The translations under genes and the position numbers were made by a program. From Verrucomicrobiota bacterium (GTDB lineage: Bacteria; Verrucomicrobiota; Verrucomicrobiia; Limisphaerales; UBA8199), in assembly GCA_038209025.1 (NCBI GenBank), contig JBBQYD010000001.1:1-49708 (forward strand): a DNA stretch of 49,708 bases, written 5' to 3'. Numbering within the stretch: position 1 is the stretch's first letter; each line of letters starts with the position of its first letter. Shown here piece by piece: positions 18,677 to 28,688 of the stretch. A model generated the notes under the pieces. It saw only the letters and a list, made by a program, of their open reading frames with translations. It was not told where the DNA came from and did not search any database.

Positions 18677-19351
18677 TCAATTTTTCTTTGCGGAAACGGT
18701 ATCCCAAGCCTGGACAAGGATGGCTGGAACCGTCCGGAGCATGATGGCGATGTCCATCGCCGGGGACTTCGTCTCGACGTAGGTGATATCCCATTGGATC
18801 ATCTCCTCGAACGTGGTCCGGTTCTTCCCATTTACCTGCCACAGCCCGGTCAGGCCCGGCAACGTGCCGAAGCGCCGCCGATGCCTCGGCTGGTACTGTT
18901 CACACTCGTAGGGCAGGCAGGGGCGCGGGCCCACCAGGCTCATCTCGCCGCGGAGCACGTTGAGGAGTTGGGGAAGCTCATCCAAACCCAGGCAGCGCAG
19001 AACGCGGCCGCCAGGGATCAGGCGCTTGTCGGCGGCGTCGAGCTTGGTCATGGGACGGTCAGAAGTCATCAGGTTCTGCAAATGCCCCTGGTGGACCGTC
19101 GTTTCAGCATTAACCTTCATCGTGCGGAATTTGAGGCAGCGGAACAATTCGCCTCGGAACCCGACCCGCTCCTGCACGAACAAGACTGGGCCCGGGGAAA
19201 CCAGCTTGATCGCCAGGGCGATCACAAAGCCCACCGGGATCAATAACGGTGCAGCCAGCAGAATGCAGACGGTATCCAGCAGTTCCTTCCAGGAGGGTAC
19301 TGACTCAGTCGCCAAACTTGCGCCTTCCCACGATCTTATGTAGCCGTTCAT
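18677..19351 (-). CDS. Polyprenyl-phosphate sugar phosphotransferase (bacterial sugar transferase family, WbaP/WcaJ C-terminal type)
   Basis: LKFRTM, GLDELPQLLNVLRGEMSLVGPRP and PGLTGLWQVNG are signature blocks of this family. Confidence 0.9.
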   Translation of the reverse strand: MNGYIRSWEGASLATESVPSWKELLDTVCILLAAPLLIPVGFVIALAIKLVSPGPVLFVQERVGFRGELFRCLKFRTMKVNAETTVHQGHLQNLMTSDRPMTKLDAADKRLIPGGRVLRCLGLDELPQLLNVLRGEMSLVGPRPCLPYECEQYQPRHRRRFGTLPGLTGLWQVNGKNRTTFEEMIQWDITYVETKSPAMDIAIMLRTVPAILVQAWDTVSAKKN

Positions 19352-19596
19352 GGGGGAGACTCTAGCACCCGGGGCGGATTCGCTTCAATCGGGGCACAGC
19401 TAGAGCTGGCCCCGGGGGTTCCCCGGGGAACCGGATGGCCTGAGCCCCGCCGTGGGTGCTGGTCGAAAGGGTTGGTTGCACCCCGCGAGGATGATGAGGG
19501 GGACATCCTCAGGCTATCGGGGTTTCTCCGAAACCCCAATGGGAGAAAGTCTCAGGGCACCTTCTTGGGGGTGCCTACACGCGCAAATCGATCAAG

Positions 19597-22032
19597 TCAC
19601 CACGGCCTGCGCACGCGAAAGAATTGGTTGCCCGGGGCGGGCAGAGTCACACTCAGGAAGTTTGGCGTTGCGGCTGGAGAATTGGTGATCCATGACCATT
19701 GGGCCGGCTGGCCAAGCCCGCTGTTGCTTTCCAGGAGCGTGTCCGCGATGGTATTGGGCCACGACACCGTTACGGAGCCACCAGCGCGGGTGATTCCCAG
19801 CGAAACCGGGTTGCCGATCAGGATCACGCCGCTGTTTGTGGCTGCCGCGGTGGACACGCTGGCGACCACGGTCCAGGTGTAGCTGCCGGGCCTGGCGTAG
19901 GCATGCGCGGGATATTGGTTCGTACTATGCCCGGTGCCATCTCCGAAATCCCACATGAACGATACCGGCGCGAGGGTGTTGGTCATCGTCGGCACCACGA
20001 CAAAGGCGACGGGCCACGCGGCGGGATACGTCGGCGGGACGTGGGCTTGCGCCGTGATCCCAAAGGGCCCCTGCGCCACCACCACCGAGCCGGCGCCGAG
20101 TTGGGAGTTCTTCGAGCCATCATACGCGGCGAAGGTGAAGGTGTCCGTGCCGACAAAGCCTGGATCTGGAAAGTAAGTGGCCACGCCATTGGTCAGGCCG
20201 ATGGCGCCGTTCGCGGGCTGCGAAATGATTCGTATTGTCGATCCGGCTCCGGTCGCGTGCAGTGTCACCGCCACGGCCTTGTCGTTCGTGGTGTTGGTGG
20301 CGGCGTTGCTGACCGTGGGCGCGATACTGCCGTTGGCCGATCCACTGTCCGGCCCGTCGTGGCAGGTGTAGCAGCCGATGATGGCGCCGCGGATAAATGT
20401 CTGCGTCCCGAATGCGCTGAGCGTGCGAGTGTCCTGCATGCGCGACAACACGGTGCCGCGATAATCGATTCCATGACAGGGCTGGCATTGTGCTCTCCCA
20501 CCGCTCTCGACCGCGTCCGGATGCGCGGTCACCCAACTGGAGCCGACGGGATGCATGCCATGCGGGCCGCCGTTGATGGTGCTGGGCTCGGTCGCGTGGC
20601 ACGCGGTGCATTCGACCAGCACGCCGGCGTGGCCTTGCAAGGCAACATTTCGCACATTGTCATTCGCGTGCGTGCTGGGAAACTCCGCGTGCGTCGAGCC
20701 GTGACAGGCGGAACACTGCAACCCGCCGTGGCCGCTGGAAAAGCGATATAACGAAAGGCCTGCCGCCGGTGTGTTTGGCTGGGTCGCGAAGGTTTGGTCC
20801 ACTGCCTGGCGGACCGTGCCATTGGTGTCGGTGAACGCGGAGCTGTAACGGATCTGGCCGTTGTTGTGAGTGGCAGTGCCGGTGTGGCAGCTCTGGCAGT
20901 TCGGCTCCATGAACCAGCCGACCCGGGTCAGCGAACCGACGGTGCTCATGTTGCCGTGGCAGCTCTGGCATTGCATTTCCATCGAGCCGTCCGGCGCAAT
21001 CGCCCCACCCATGGCGCCCCGCAGGCATTTGGTGGTGGAGCCGGGGTGGCAACGGTAACAGGCATTGCGGTTGGCCGAACTATCGAGCGTGGTCTTCAAG
21101 ATGGGATCCTGGACGCCGGCATGGAAGAAATGCACCGAAGCGGTCAGCGATGGAATCGTGCTGTAACTCGGCGCTCCGAGCGCCTCCGAAGCATGACAGG
21201 CGGCGCACAGCACCGGCTTGCCATCCGCCACCACCCCGCGATAAAGCCCCTGCGGGTTGAAGCCGCGCGCGGCCAGCGCCGCCTGGTAAAGCGCCGGATG
21301 CTGCGAAAACTCGAGTTCATCGTGCAGCCGCAGAATGTTCAACCGGAAATCGCGTTCCGGCAGCCCGTCCCATAACCAGCCAGCCGCGGGCCTCGCGGCG
21401 GATTGCGTGCCAGAGGCATGGCAGGCGCGACAGTCCATCTCATCGGAAACCGGCAGTACGATGTCGTTGGTGGCGATGGGGGTGCCCCCGCCATTGTGCG
21501 CGATGATGCGCATGAGCGGATACGGGTTCTTGCGGTGCGCGTCATCGTAGGGGGAGATGGGAATGCCTTCCGCGCGAAACCAGTTCACCCGGGTAAACAC
21601 GCCGCCAGCCGGCTGGTTGGTCTGCTCGAATAACATGCTCTGCGGAATATTGGTGACGCCCGGCATGGACCATCCGGCCAGGCCCCCTTCCGGCGCAAGG
21701 GTGGCGCCGAAGAGCGCCTTGGCGTAGGTGTAGTAATTGCCCTTGCCCATCGCCGTGGAGTTGAACGAACCGGCCCGATCTGCGACCGCCTGGTAGGTGA
21801 GGCTATAGCCCGTGCCGTTGGTCACCAGCTTGCCGCCAACGACCAGGTTTGCTTCAATGGTGTTGTACGGTGGCAGGATGGAAAACACCGAGTAGTCGCT
21901 GTCCATGCAATGCATGCCAAGGTTGTTCCAGCCGAGAACTTGCGCGCTGGCGGCGTGCAGTAAGGCGGGTTGCCAGAGCAAGCCGCAAAGCAGCAGGCCC
22001 GTGCCGAGCTTGAACGAGAGGCGATTCTTCAT
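19597..22032 (-). CDS. Secreted nine-haem c-type cytochrome fused to an Ig-like domain, a PKD domain and the SWP...F(F/Y)R C-terminal module
   Basis: The ATG at 22032 gives the signal peptide MKNRLSFKLGTGLLLCGLLWQPALLHAASA. There are nine CxxCH motifs (CRACH, CAACH, CYRCH, CQSCH, CQSCH, CSACH, CTACH, CQPCH, CYTCH). These are followed by a cadherin/Ig-like segment, a PKD motif (WDFGDGTGHS...YARPGSYTWTV) and the ending GNQFFRVRRPW. Confidence 0.8.
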   Translation of the reverse strand: MKNRLSFKLGTGLLLCGLLWQPALLHAASAQVLGWNNLGMHCMDSDYSVFSILPPYNTIEANLVVGGKLVTNGTGYSLTYQAVADRAGSFNSTAMGKGNYYTYAKALFGATLAPEGGLAGWSMPGVTNIPQSMLFEQTNQPAGGVFTRVNWFRAEGIPISPYDDAHRKNPYPLMRIIAHNGGGTPIATNDIVLPVSDEMDCRACHASGTQSAARPAAGWLWDGLPERDFRLNILRLHDELEFSQHPALYQAALAARGFNPQGLYRGVVADGKPVLCAACHASEALGAPSYSTIPSLTASVHFFHAGVQDPILKTTLDSSANRNACYRCHPGSTTKCLRGAMGGAIAPDGSMEMQCQSCHGNMSTVGSLTRVGWFMEPNCQSCHTGTATHNNGQIRYSSAFTDTNGTVRQAVDQTFATQPNTPAAGLSLYRFSSGHGGLQCSACHGSTHAEFPSTHANDNVRNVALQGHAGVLVECTACHATEPSTINGGPHGMHPVGSSWVTAHPDAVESGGRAQCQPCHGIDYRGTVLSRMQDTRTLSAFGTQTFIRGAIIGCYTCHDGPDSGSANGSIAPTVSNAATNTTNDKAVAVTLHATGAGSTIRIISQPANGAIGLTNGVATYFPDPGFVGTDTFTFAAYDGSKNSQLGAGSVVVAQGPFGITAQAHVPPTYPAAWPVAFVVVPTMTNTLAPVSFMWDFGDGTGHSTNQYPAHAYARPGSYTWTVVASVSTAAATNSGVILIGNPVSLGITRAGGSVTVSWPNTIADTLLESNSGLGQPAQWSWITNSPAATPNFLSVTLPAPGNQFFRVRRPW

Positions 22033-22200
22033 AGGGTTATTGGGCGAGATGAGATTTCCTGGGTGCACCACGATATTCCGCATTCGAACCGATTGGCCAT
22101 CTTCGGCGATATCCGATTGGCATTGGGAAACATGCATGGATTTCCTATTCTGGCAACACAGAATAGCACGAAGAAAAGTCCGCGGTTTATGGGGTGTTAA

Positions 22201-22605
22201 CCCCGTGGGCTTCTCGAACAACTGAAGGTGGCAGCGCCTGACGGGATTGATGTCTATTTTGACAATGTGGGCGGCGAAACCCTGGAAGCGGCGCTCTCCA
22301 CGCTGCGGGTCCATGGCCGCATCATCGCCTGTGGCGGCATCTCCGGTTATAACGATGAAAAACCCAGGCCCGGCCCTTCGAATCTTTTCAATGTGATCAC
22401 CAAACGACTGACGATGAAAGGACTGATCGTTCGCGATTGGCTGGATCGTCAGGGCGAGTTTGAAAAGGAAGTGGGCGCCTATTTCCGTGCCGGCACGCTG
22501 AAGAGCAAGGAAACCGTGGTGGAGGGGATTGACCAGGCTGTGAACGCTTTTCTCGGTCTGTTTCAGGGAAAGAACCTGGGGAAGATGGTGGTGAAACTGG
22601 GCTGA
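22201..22605 (+). pseudogene. 5'-truncated NADP-dependent medium-chain oxidoreductase (PTGR/CurA/YncB-like), C-terminal third only
   Basis: PDGIDVYFDNVGGETLEAAL...GRIIACGGISGYN...NLGKMVVKL is the C-terminal part of proteins of about 340 aa. The frame is closed by a TAA at 22198-22200, and no N-terminal domain lies upstream. Confidence 0.75.
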
Positions 22606-23587
22606 CTTCGTTCATTCTCGCCCCGGCTCTGAGGGGGGGCCTCCATGTAACGAGCGCGTGCCCAAGCCGCCACCTGGAAAAACCCGCATCGGCCTGAAAG
22701 TTCGCTCTAGCGGTCCCGTCGAGGACACCGGTTGCATTCCAAGTGGCCAAGTCTGCGCCACCAGCGGAACTCCGATGCAACTCACCAACAACCACCCGGC
22801 AGGTTCACCCGTTAACCGTTCTTGGAGTTGAATGCCACGCCGTGGAATCTAACCATGTGAAAGTGAAGCCGACTGGGATCAACCGGGTGGCCGCACAACT
22901 CGCACGGCAATGCGCCGACCGACACTGGGATCGGTTGCTCCACCAGTGGTTTGGTTGCTTCCCGGCGGCGACCCCTGGCTCGTTGCCCGGCCTGCCTGCC
23001 GTTCGGTGCCCGCCGACCCTGCCTTTTTGGATTGGTAAAAGTTTTCGTTTCACCAATCTACCATTGATCCTTGGCCACCGCATGCAATAAAAGCACCCGG
23101 GTTGCTGAAAGGTTCGCCAGCGAGACTTGCTTACGGTTTGCCGGTGGAAAAGAAATAACCAGCGACCCATTTCCTGGGGTTGGCCAGCCTATGGCTGCAA
23201 TGCATTACAGCGCACCCGCAAGAAACCTTGCCGTTCTCAAGTTATGTTGAGGGAATGAGCTTTGCGCTTGCCTGCGAGTTTTTTGATTGCGTAGTGGATG
23301 CCGTTAATGCAATGACGATACCAGCCGGGATGGTTGGGAACCTTCCAAGCGGTTGCCGCAGGCGGCGGCGGGCGGATTGTATGTCCTCGTATTGCTGCAG
23401 GATCTGATGGGCGGCATTCCATTGACCAGACAGGGGAGTTTCCTGCCGTGAATGTTACGCCGCCCACTGCCACCCTGCACGCACTCTTGCCGAAGCAACA
23501 GGATAAAGAAACCCTGCAAAAAGTTGCATCTGCGTATTGAATTCCTCGACAGGAATCCTATAGTGCGCCTCAGCGTGGATCATCTAA

Positions 23588-25528
23588 ATGAGCAATTGTA
23601 GCGACGAGTCTCAGTCCTGGAGCATTCAGCAGGCCCGAATGCTGTATAACATTCATCGGTGGGGGGCAGAATACTTTGACATCAACGAAGCCGGTCACGT
23701 GGTGGCCAAACCGCAACGCGAGGCGGGCGCGGCGGTCGAGTTGACTGATGTCATTGAGGAAGCCAAGGCGCGCGGGTTGAAGTTTCCACTCCTGATCCGC
23801 TTCCAGGACATCCTTCGTCACCGGGTGGAATCCATCAATCTGGCCTTCCGGAACGCGATCACCGAATTTGGCTACCAAGGCAGGTATCGCGGGGTCTTTC
23901 CGGTGAAGGTGAACCAACTGCGGGAAGTGGTGGAGGAAATCCTCGATGCGGGAAAGCCCTTTGACTACGGCCTGGAAGTTGGGAGCAAGCCCGAGCTGTT
24001 CGCGGGCTTGGCGCTGCAAAATCAAATGGGCAGCCTTATTGTGTGCAATGGCTACAAGGACGCCCAGTTCATCCGCATGGCCATCCTCGGCATCAAACTT
24101 GGCAAACGGGTGATCATGATCGTCGAGAAGCTGGAGGAATTACGCCAGATCATCGCCATTTCCAAGCAACTCGGGGTGGAGCCCATGATCGGAGTTCGAG
24201 CCCGCCTGCTGAGCAAAGGCGCCGGCAAATGGGCTGAAAGCGCGGGGGAGAATGCGAAATTTGGCCTGAGCACAGCCGAACTGCTGGAAGCCACGCACCT
24301 CCTCAAATCTGAGAACCTGTCGCACTGTTTCAAGCTGCTCCACTTCCACATCGGCTCACAGGTGCCGGATATTCTGATCGTCAAGCGAGCCGTTCAGGAA
24401 GCCGCCCGTTTCTACGCCAAACTTTGCAAGATGGGCTTCACCATCGAATACCTGGATGTCGGTGGCGGCCTGGGGGTGGATTACGACGGCAGCCGCTCCG
24501 CCTTTGACAGCTCAACCAACTATACCCTGCAGGAATACGCCAACGACATTGTCTATTACATCGGCGATGTGTGCAGCGCGGAGAAGGTGCCGCACCCCAC
24601 CATCATCAGCGAAAGCGGGCGCGCGGTGGTGGCCCATCACAGCGTGCTGATCGTGGAGGTGTTTGGAGCCATCGCCAAGTTGCGTCCGGCGGGTGCCTTC
24701 GATTACGGCGAAAGCGACCACGCCCTGGTCAGGGAACTGATGGACATCAGGAAGAATCTCCCGCGTCTGAACAAACTGGAGGCCTACCATGACGCGCTGG
24801 AAAGAAAAGAGGACGCCCAGCACATGTTCACCCTGGGGATGCTGGACCTGCCGGAGAAAGCCAGGATAGAAACCTTGTATTGGGAAATCAGCCAGGAGGT
24901 GGTCGAAAGCTTCAAGGGCCAGGCCTACATACCGGAGGAAATCCGCAAGCTCGAAGACAGCCTCGGTGACCAGTACCTCTGTAATTTCTCCGTGTTCCAA
25001 AGCTTGCTGGACCACTGGGCGCTCGGCCAGCTCTTCCCGATCATGCCCGTGAGCCGCCTGGATGAACGACCCACCCGCGAGGCCACCCTGGTCGATATCA
25101 CCTGCGATTCAGACGGCCAGATCAACAAGTTCATCGACTTGCGGGACGTGCGCGACACCCTGCCTCTCCACCAGCTCAACCCCAATAGCAACGGCATGCC
25201 GGAGCCCTATTATATCGGTTTTTTCCTCATGGGCGCCTACCAGGACATCATGGGCGATCTGCACAACCTGTTTGGGCGGGTCAACGAGGTTCACGTCTTC
25301 CTGGACGCCGATGAGCCGGCCGGATATTACGTTGAGGAGATCATCGAAGGAACCACCATTGTCCAAGCGCTCGATTCGGTGCAATACGATGAAAAGGAGT
25401 TGAAACGCCAGATGAAAGCCCAGGTGGATGAAGCGATCAAATCCGACCGGATGAAACCTTCTGAAGCCATGCGCCTCCTGGACGACTACGAGCGAGGCTT
25501 GCGCGAGTACACCTACCTCAGCTTCTAG
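23588..25528 (+). CDS. speA: Biosynthetic arginine decarboxylase
   Basis: 646-aa ORF. WSIQQARMLYNIHRWGAEYFDINEAGHV, FPVKVNQ (PLP lysine region) and the overall length are typical of SpeA. Confidence 0.95.
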   Translation: MSNCSDESQSWSIQQARMLYNIHRWGAEYFDINEAGHVVAKPQREAGAAVELTDVIEEAKARGLKFPLLIRFQDILRHRVESINLAFRNAITEFGYQGRYRGVFPVKVNQLREVVEEILDAGKPFDYGLEVGSKPELFAGLALQNQMGSLIVCNGYKDAQFIRMAILGIKLGKRVIMIVEKLEELRQIIAISKQLGVEPMIGVRARLLSKGAGKWAESAGENAKFGLSTAELLEATHLLKSENLSHCFKLLHFHIGSQVPDILIVKRAVQEAARFYAKLCKMGFTIEYLDVGGGLGVDYDGSRSAFDSSTNYTLQEYANDIVYYIGDVCSAEKVPHPTIISESGRAVVAHHSVLIVEVFGAIAKLRPAGAFDYGESDHALVRELMDIRKNLPRLNKLEAYHDALERKEDAQHMFTLGMLDLPEKARIETLYWEISQEVVESFKGQAYIPEEIRKLEDSLGDQYLCNFSVFQSLLDHWALGQLFPIMPVSRLDERPTREATLVDITCDSDGQINKFIDLRDVRDTLPLHQLNPNSNGMPEPYYIGFFLMGAYQDIMGDLHNLFGRVNEVHVFLDADEPAGYYVEEIIEGTTIVQALDSVQYDEKELKRQMKAQVDEAIKSDRMKPSEAMRLLDDYERGLREYTYLSF

Positions 25529-25538
25529 GCCAGCCCGT

Positions 25539-26237
25539 ATGGGAATGGAAACCCCCGCCCCCAACCCGGAATTGATGCGCTCTTTGGGGCGGCTGGTGCG
25601 GGGCTTATCGGCCCTGTTTTGGGGCCTGCCCATCACGCTCCTGGTCTGCTTTCATACGCTGCGCATGGAAGGGTTCAAGAGTTTTGGCGTGATTCCCCCC
25701 ATCGCTTGCACGGGGTTGCTCTTCTATGGGCTGTGGTTGGTCGGGGATTTTCAGAAGCAGGAGCGGGTCTGGCGCAATTCACTCGATCTGGCCCGGATTC
25801 TAGCGATGATTAACGTGGGCCTGAGCCCGTTTCTTTACTGGCTTAACCGGGTTCCCACCAGCCCGTGGTTCCTGAGCATGGTTCTCATTTTCATGTTTTC
25901 CGCTCTATTCTTCCTCGCCAGCTTGAATGTGGTGCTTCGCCGGCTTTCCGCGATGTTGCCGGACGAATCGCTGCGCGTGGAAACCCGCCAGTTCACCATG
26001 CTGAATTTGAACCTGCTCTTTGCCACCATCCTGATCGCCGCCCTGGCCCTCGCGCTCCGGTTTGTCCCTCATCTTCCCCGGGCTTTTGGCGTCGTGGCCG
26101 AAATCCTTGAGCGTGGCAGCTTTTGGTTCCTGGTGCTCCTGGTGCTGCTGCCGCTGGCCATGACCATGGCCCTGATTTGGAAGACCAAAGAGGTAATCCT
26201 CGAAAATGTCTTCCATTCTCATTCCCCCGAACCCTGA
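25539..26237 (+). CDS. Multi-pass membrane protein of unknown function
   Basis: 232-aa ORF beginning 10 nt after speA, with several hydrophobic segments of about 20 aa. Confidence 0.6.
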   Translation: MGMETPAPNPELMRSLGRLVRGLSALFWGLPITLLVCFHTLRMEGFKSFGVIPPIACTGLLFYGLWLVGDFQKQERVWRNSLDLARILAMINVGLSPFLYWLNRVPTSPWFLSMVLIFMFSALFFLASLNVVLRRLSAMLPDESLRVETRQFTMLNLNLLFATILIAALALALRFVPHLPRAFGVVAEILERGSFWFLVLLVLLPLAMTMALIWKTKEVILENVFHSHSPEP

Positions 26238-26254
26238 CCGGCACCCGCCGGCCC

Positions 26255-27427
26255 TTACTTCGCCACCCCAAATTTATGCACGGTCTGTGACCTGAACACC
26301 TGCCCCGGCAGGAGCAGGGTGCTCGGAAACTCAGGGTGGTGGGGACTGTCCGGAAAGTGCTGGGTTTCCAGGCAGACCCCGGCGTGCTTGGGATAGGAGA
26401 AACCGGGGGGACCCGAGATGCTGCCCGAGGGGAAATTGGCGCTATACACCTGCACGCCTGGTTCGGTGGTCCAGACTTCCATGGTCCGTCCGGACTTGGG
26501 GTCTCGCAAGCGCGCGCAGAAGCCCAGGTCACCCGCGCGCTTGGGTTCCAGCACGAGGCAATGATCATAGCCGCCATTGAAGTGCTTCTCCTTGATGTCG
26601 CCAATCCGTTCTCCGATGGCGCGTGGTTTGCGAAAATCCAACGGCGTCCCGGTCACGGGGCGCAACTGGCCGGTGGGGATCAGCGTATCGTCCACCGCCA
26701 GAGACTGACTCGCGTTCACTTCCAGAATTTGGTCCAAAATGGTGCCTGAATAAGCGCCCGCCAGATTCCAGTAGGCGTGATTGCACAGGTTGATCACCGT
26801 CGGTTTGTCGGTGGTCGCGGTGTACTCCATTTTTAACTCGTTCTGATCCGTCCAGGTGTATTGCAGGTTGCACTGCAACTTGCCCGGGTAACCCTCCTCA
26901 CCATCCGCGCTGACGTAAGTCATTTTCAAGGCGGCGAAATCCTTGCCTTGGATCGGCTCCGCCTGCCAGACCCGCTTGTCGAACCCCCGGGGCCCGCCGT
27001 GAATGTGGTTGGGGCCGTTATTAGTGGCCAACTGATAGGTCTTGCTGTTGATCGTAAGCTTGCCGCCCGCGATCCGGTTTGCGAACCGGCCCACCACCGC
27101 TCCAAATGCGCCGCTGCGCGACTCGTAATCAGCCAGCGTCTCCCGGTTGGCGGTCACGTTGACCACCGCGCCGGTGCGGTCGGGCACCGTAACCTGGTAT
27201 ATGATCGCCCCATAGGTCATGACCTGAACCGTCAGACCCTGGCTGTTCTTAAGGGTGTAAAGCTCGACCGCCTCCCCCCATTTGTTGGTGCCAAAAGGCT
27301 GCTTTTCAACGCTCGGACCGGCCGGGGTTTGAAAGGCCGCGCAAATAAATGCCAGCCCCCAGAGGATTTGAGGAATGATTCCGGCGCTCCGGCCGCGAAC
27401 GGCACCATGGCAAACAGGCGTATTCAT
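26255..27427 (-). CDS. galM: Aldose 1-epimerase (galactose mutarotase), exported
   Basis: GRFANRIAGGKLTINSKTYQLATNNGPNHIHGGPRGFDKRVW and later YDHC/ETQHFPDSP blocks. The ATG at 27427 is preferred over the GTG at 27451. Confidence 0.9.
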   Translation of the reverse strand: MNTPVCHGAVRGRSAGIIPQILWGLAFICAAFQTPAGPSVEKQPFGTNKWGEAVELYTLKNSQGLTVQVMTYGAIIYQVTVPDRTGAVVNVTANRETLADYESRSGAFGAVVGRFANRIAGGKLTINSKTYQLATNNGPNHIHGGPRGFDKRVWQAEPIQGKDFAALKMTYVSADGEEGYPGKLQCNLQYTWTDQNELKMEYTATTDKPTVINLCNHAYWNLAGAYSGTILDQILEVNASQSLAVDDTLIPTGQLRPVTGTPLDFRKPRAIGERIGDIKEKHFNGGYDHCLVLEPKRAGDLGFCARLRDPKSGRTMEVWTTEPGVQVYSANFPSGSISGPPGFSYPKHAGVCLETQHFPDSPHHPEFPSTLLLPGQVFRSQTVHKFGVAK

Positions 27428-27547
27428 GATCCCAGTGAAACGTGAATCCACCCGCCTGCCCAGAAAAAAATCCGGTTTGACGAGGTTCTTTCGCGGGCAG
27501 GATGGGAGGCCAGGGCTGCCGCACTGATCTTCCGCTTCAGGGCCGGG

Positions 27548-28453
27548 TCACCGGCCATTGAATTCGTCCACCACCGCGCGAATGGCCCGGGTGTGCTCCG
27601 GTGTGCTGCCGCAACACGACCCGATAATGTTTACGCCCGCTGCCAGCAAGGCTGGCAGTTTGGCCACCATGTCCGCAGGGCTCTGCCTGTAAACAGCTTT
27701 GAGGTTCTCCAGCACCGGCAGACCCGCGTTTGGCTGCGCCATGGTAAACAGCCGGGAAGCCGATTTATACTTCGGCACAATTGTGGCCGCGGCTTCCATG
27801 TCCATCCCCGTCCCGCAATTCAAAGCCACCACATCGGCTCCCGCTTCTTGAACGAATTGCGCCGCTTGCTCGGGTGAAACCCCCATCATGGTGCGGAAGA
27901 AGGTGCCATCCATGGAGCGGTCATAGGCAAATGATGCGATGATGCAGGGGGCCCCCGCCTCTTTGGCGGCTTCAATGCCAAGGCGGATTTCCTCCAGCGC
28001 GGTCTGGGTCTCCAGAATGATGGCATCCACGCCGCCGGCGACCAGGGCTTTGGCCTGCTCCAGCAAGGCGGCTCGCACATCCTCTACTGTCAAGTCCCCG
28101 TAAGGCTCCAGCATGCCGCCCACCGGACCGATATCGCCCAGGACAAAGCCTGGCTTTTCACCGAAAGCCTCGCGGGCTATCCGGGCGGCGGCCTGGTTAA
28201 TGGCCGCGAGGTCCCCGGCGTGCTTGTGCCGCTCCAGTATCAAGCGGTTGGCTCCAAAGGTGTTGGTGATCAGGCAATCCGTGCCAGCCTCGACGTAACG
28301 CCGCTGGATGGCCAGCACGCGGTCTGGATGAGTTAAATTCCACGTCTCGCCGCTGGCGCCCTGCTCCAGGCCCGCCAGCATGAGTTGGGTGCCCATGGCT
28401 CCATCGCATACCAGGCGTTTCTCCCCCAACGTTTCAATGAGTGTCTTTTTCAT
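27548..28453 (-). CDS. Homocysteine S-methyltransferase family protein (PF02574-type)
   Basis: The ATG at 28453 gives MKKTLIETLGEKRLVCDGAMGTQL. ITNTFGAN, and the zinc-ligand cysteines in ALNCG and GSCCGSTPEH, are characteristic. Confidence 0.85.
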   Translation of the reverse strand: MKKTLIETLGEKRLVCDGAMGTQLMLAGLEQGASGETWNLTHPDRVLAIQRRYVEAGTDCLITNTFGANRLILERHKHAGDLAAINQAAARIAREAFGEKPGFVLGDIGPVGGMLEPYGDLTVEDVRAALLEQAKALVAGGVDAIILETQTALEEIRLGIEAAKEAGAPCIIASFAYDRSMDGTFFRTMMGVSPEQAAQFVQEAGADVVALNCGTGMDMEAAATIVPKYKSASRLFTMAQPNAGLPVLENLKAVYRQSPADMVAKLPALLAAGVNIIGSCCGSTPEHTRAIRAVVDEFNGR

Positions 28454-28688
28454 GGTTGCCAAGTTCCAACTACCCGGACCGGCTGATTCTTGCTGGTGCC
28501 GGGAACGGGTCAAATTCTCCCTTCTCCACCACCGGCTGTCAATGTTCGATGGGCGGTTCGGTTCAGTTCCGCCCGGCGCAAACCCGTTCCGCGGCTGGTT
28601 CCAAAACTTTTTTTATTCTTCCAAGGTGCCGCTTGCGAAAACGCGAACCGGGCTTAAGTTCACTACAACATCCCAAACCTTGCCTCAA

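Noticed and set aside
19519-19576. Two hairpins downstream of the cytochrome gene (ggggtttc-tcc-gaaacccc at 19519-19537 and aggGcacc...ggtgcct at 19554-19576) as intrinsic terminators.
   Set aside because: The stems are real, but neither is followed by a clear U-tract on the coding strand, so I did not annotate them as terminators.
22838-22970. Short minus-strand frame encoding ...ALPCELCGHPVDPSRLHFHMVRFHGVAFNSKNG with a CxxC...HxH...H pattern (a mini zinc finger?).
   Set aside because: There is no ATG and only a possible GTG giving about 43 aa. The upstream part of the frame is Arg-rich junk, and there is no evidence of conservation.
22606-23587. Possible structured RNA (RNase P, tmRNA, SRP, 6S or a riboswitch) in the 1-kb ORF-poor gap upstream of speA.
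   Set aside because: I looked for the conserved strings GGAAAGUCCGG, a tmRNA 3' end (...GGUUCGAnUCC...CCA), the SRP GGAAGCAGCC region and the B12 box, and found none. Without a covariance-model search I cannot support an RNA gene.
28454-28688. Possible SAM, SAH or cobalamin riboswitch in the 235-nt leader of the homocysteine methyltransferase gene.
   Set aside because: I could not recognise any conserved riboswitch core. Only generic GC hairpins are present.
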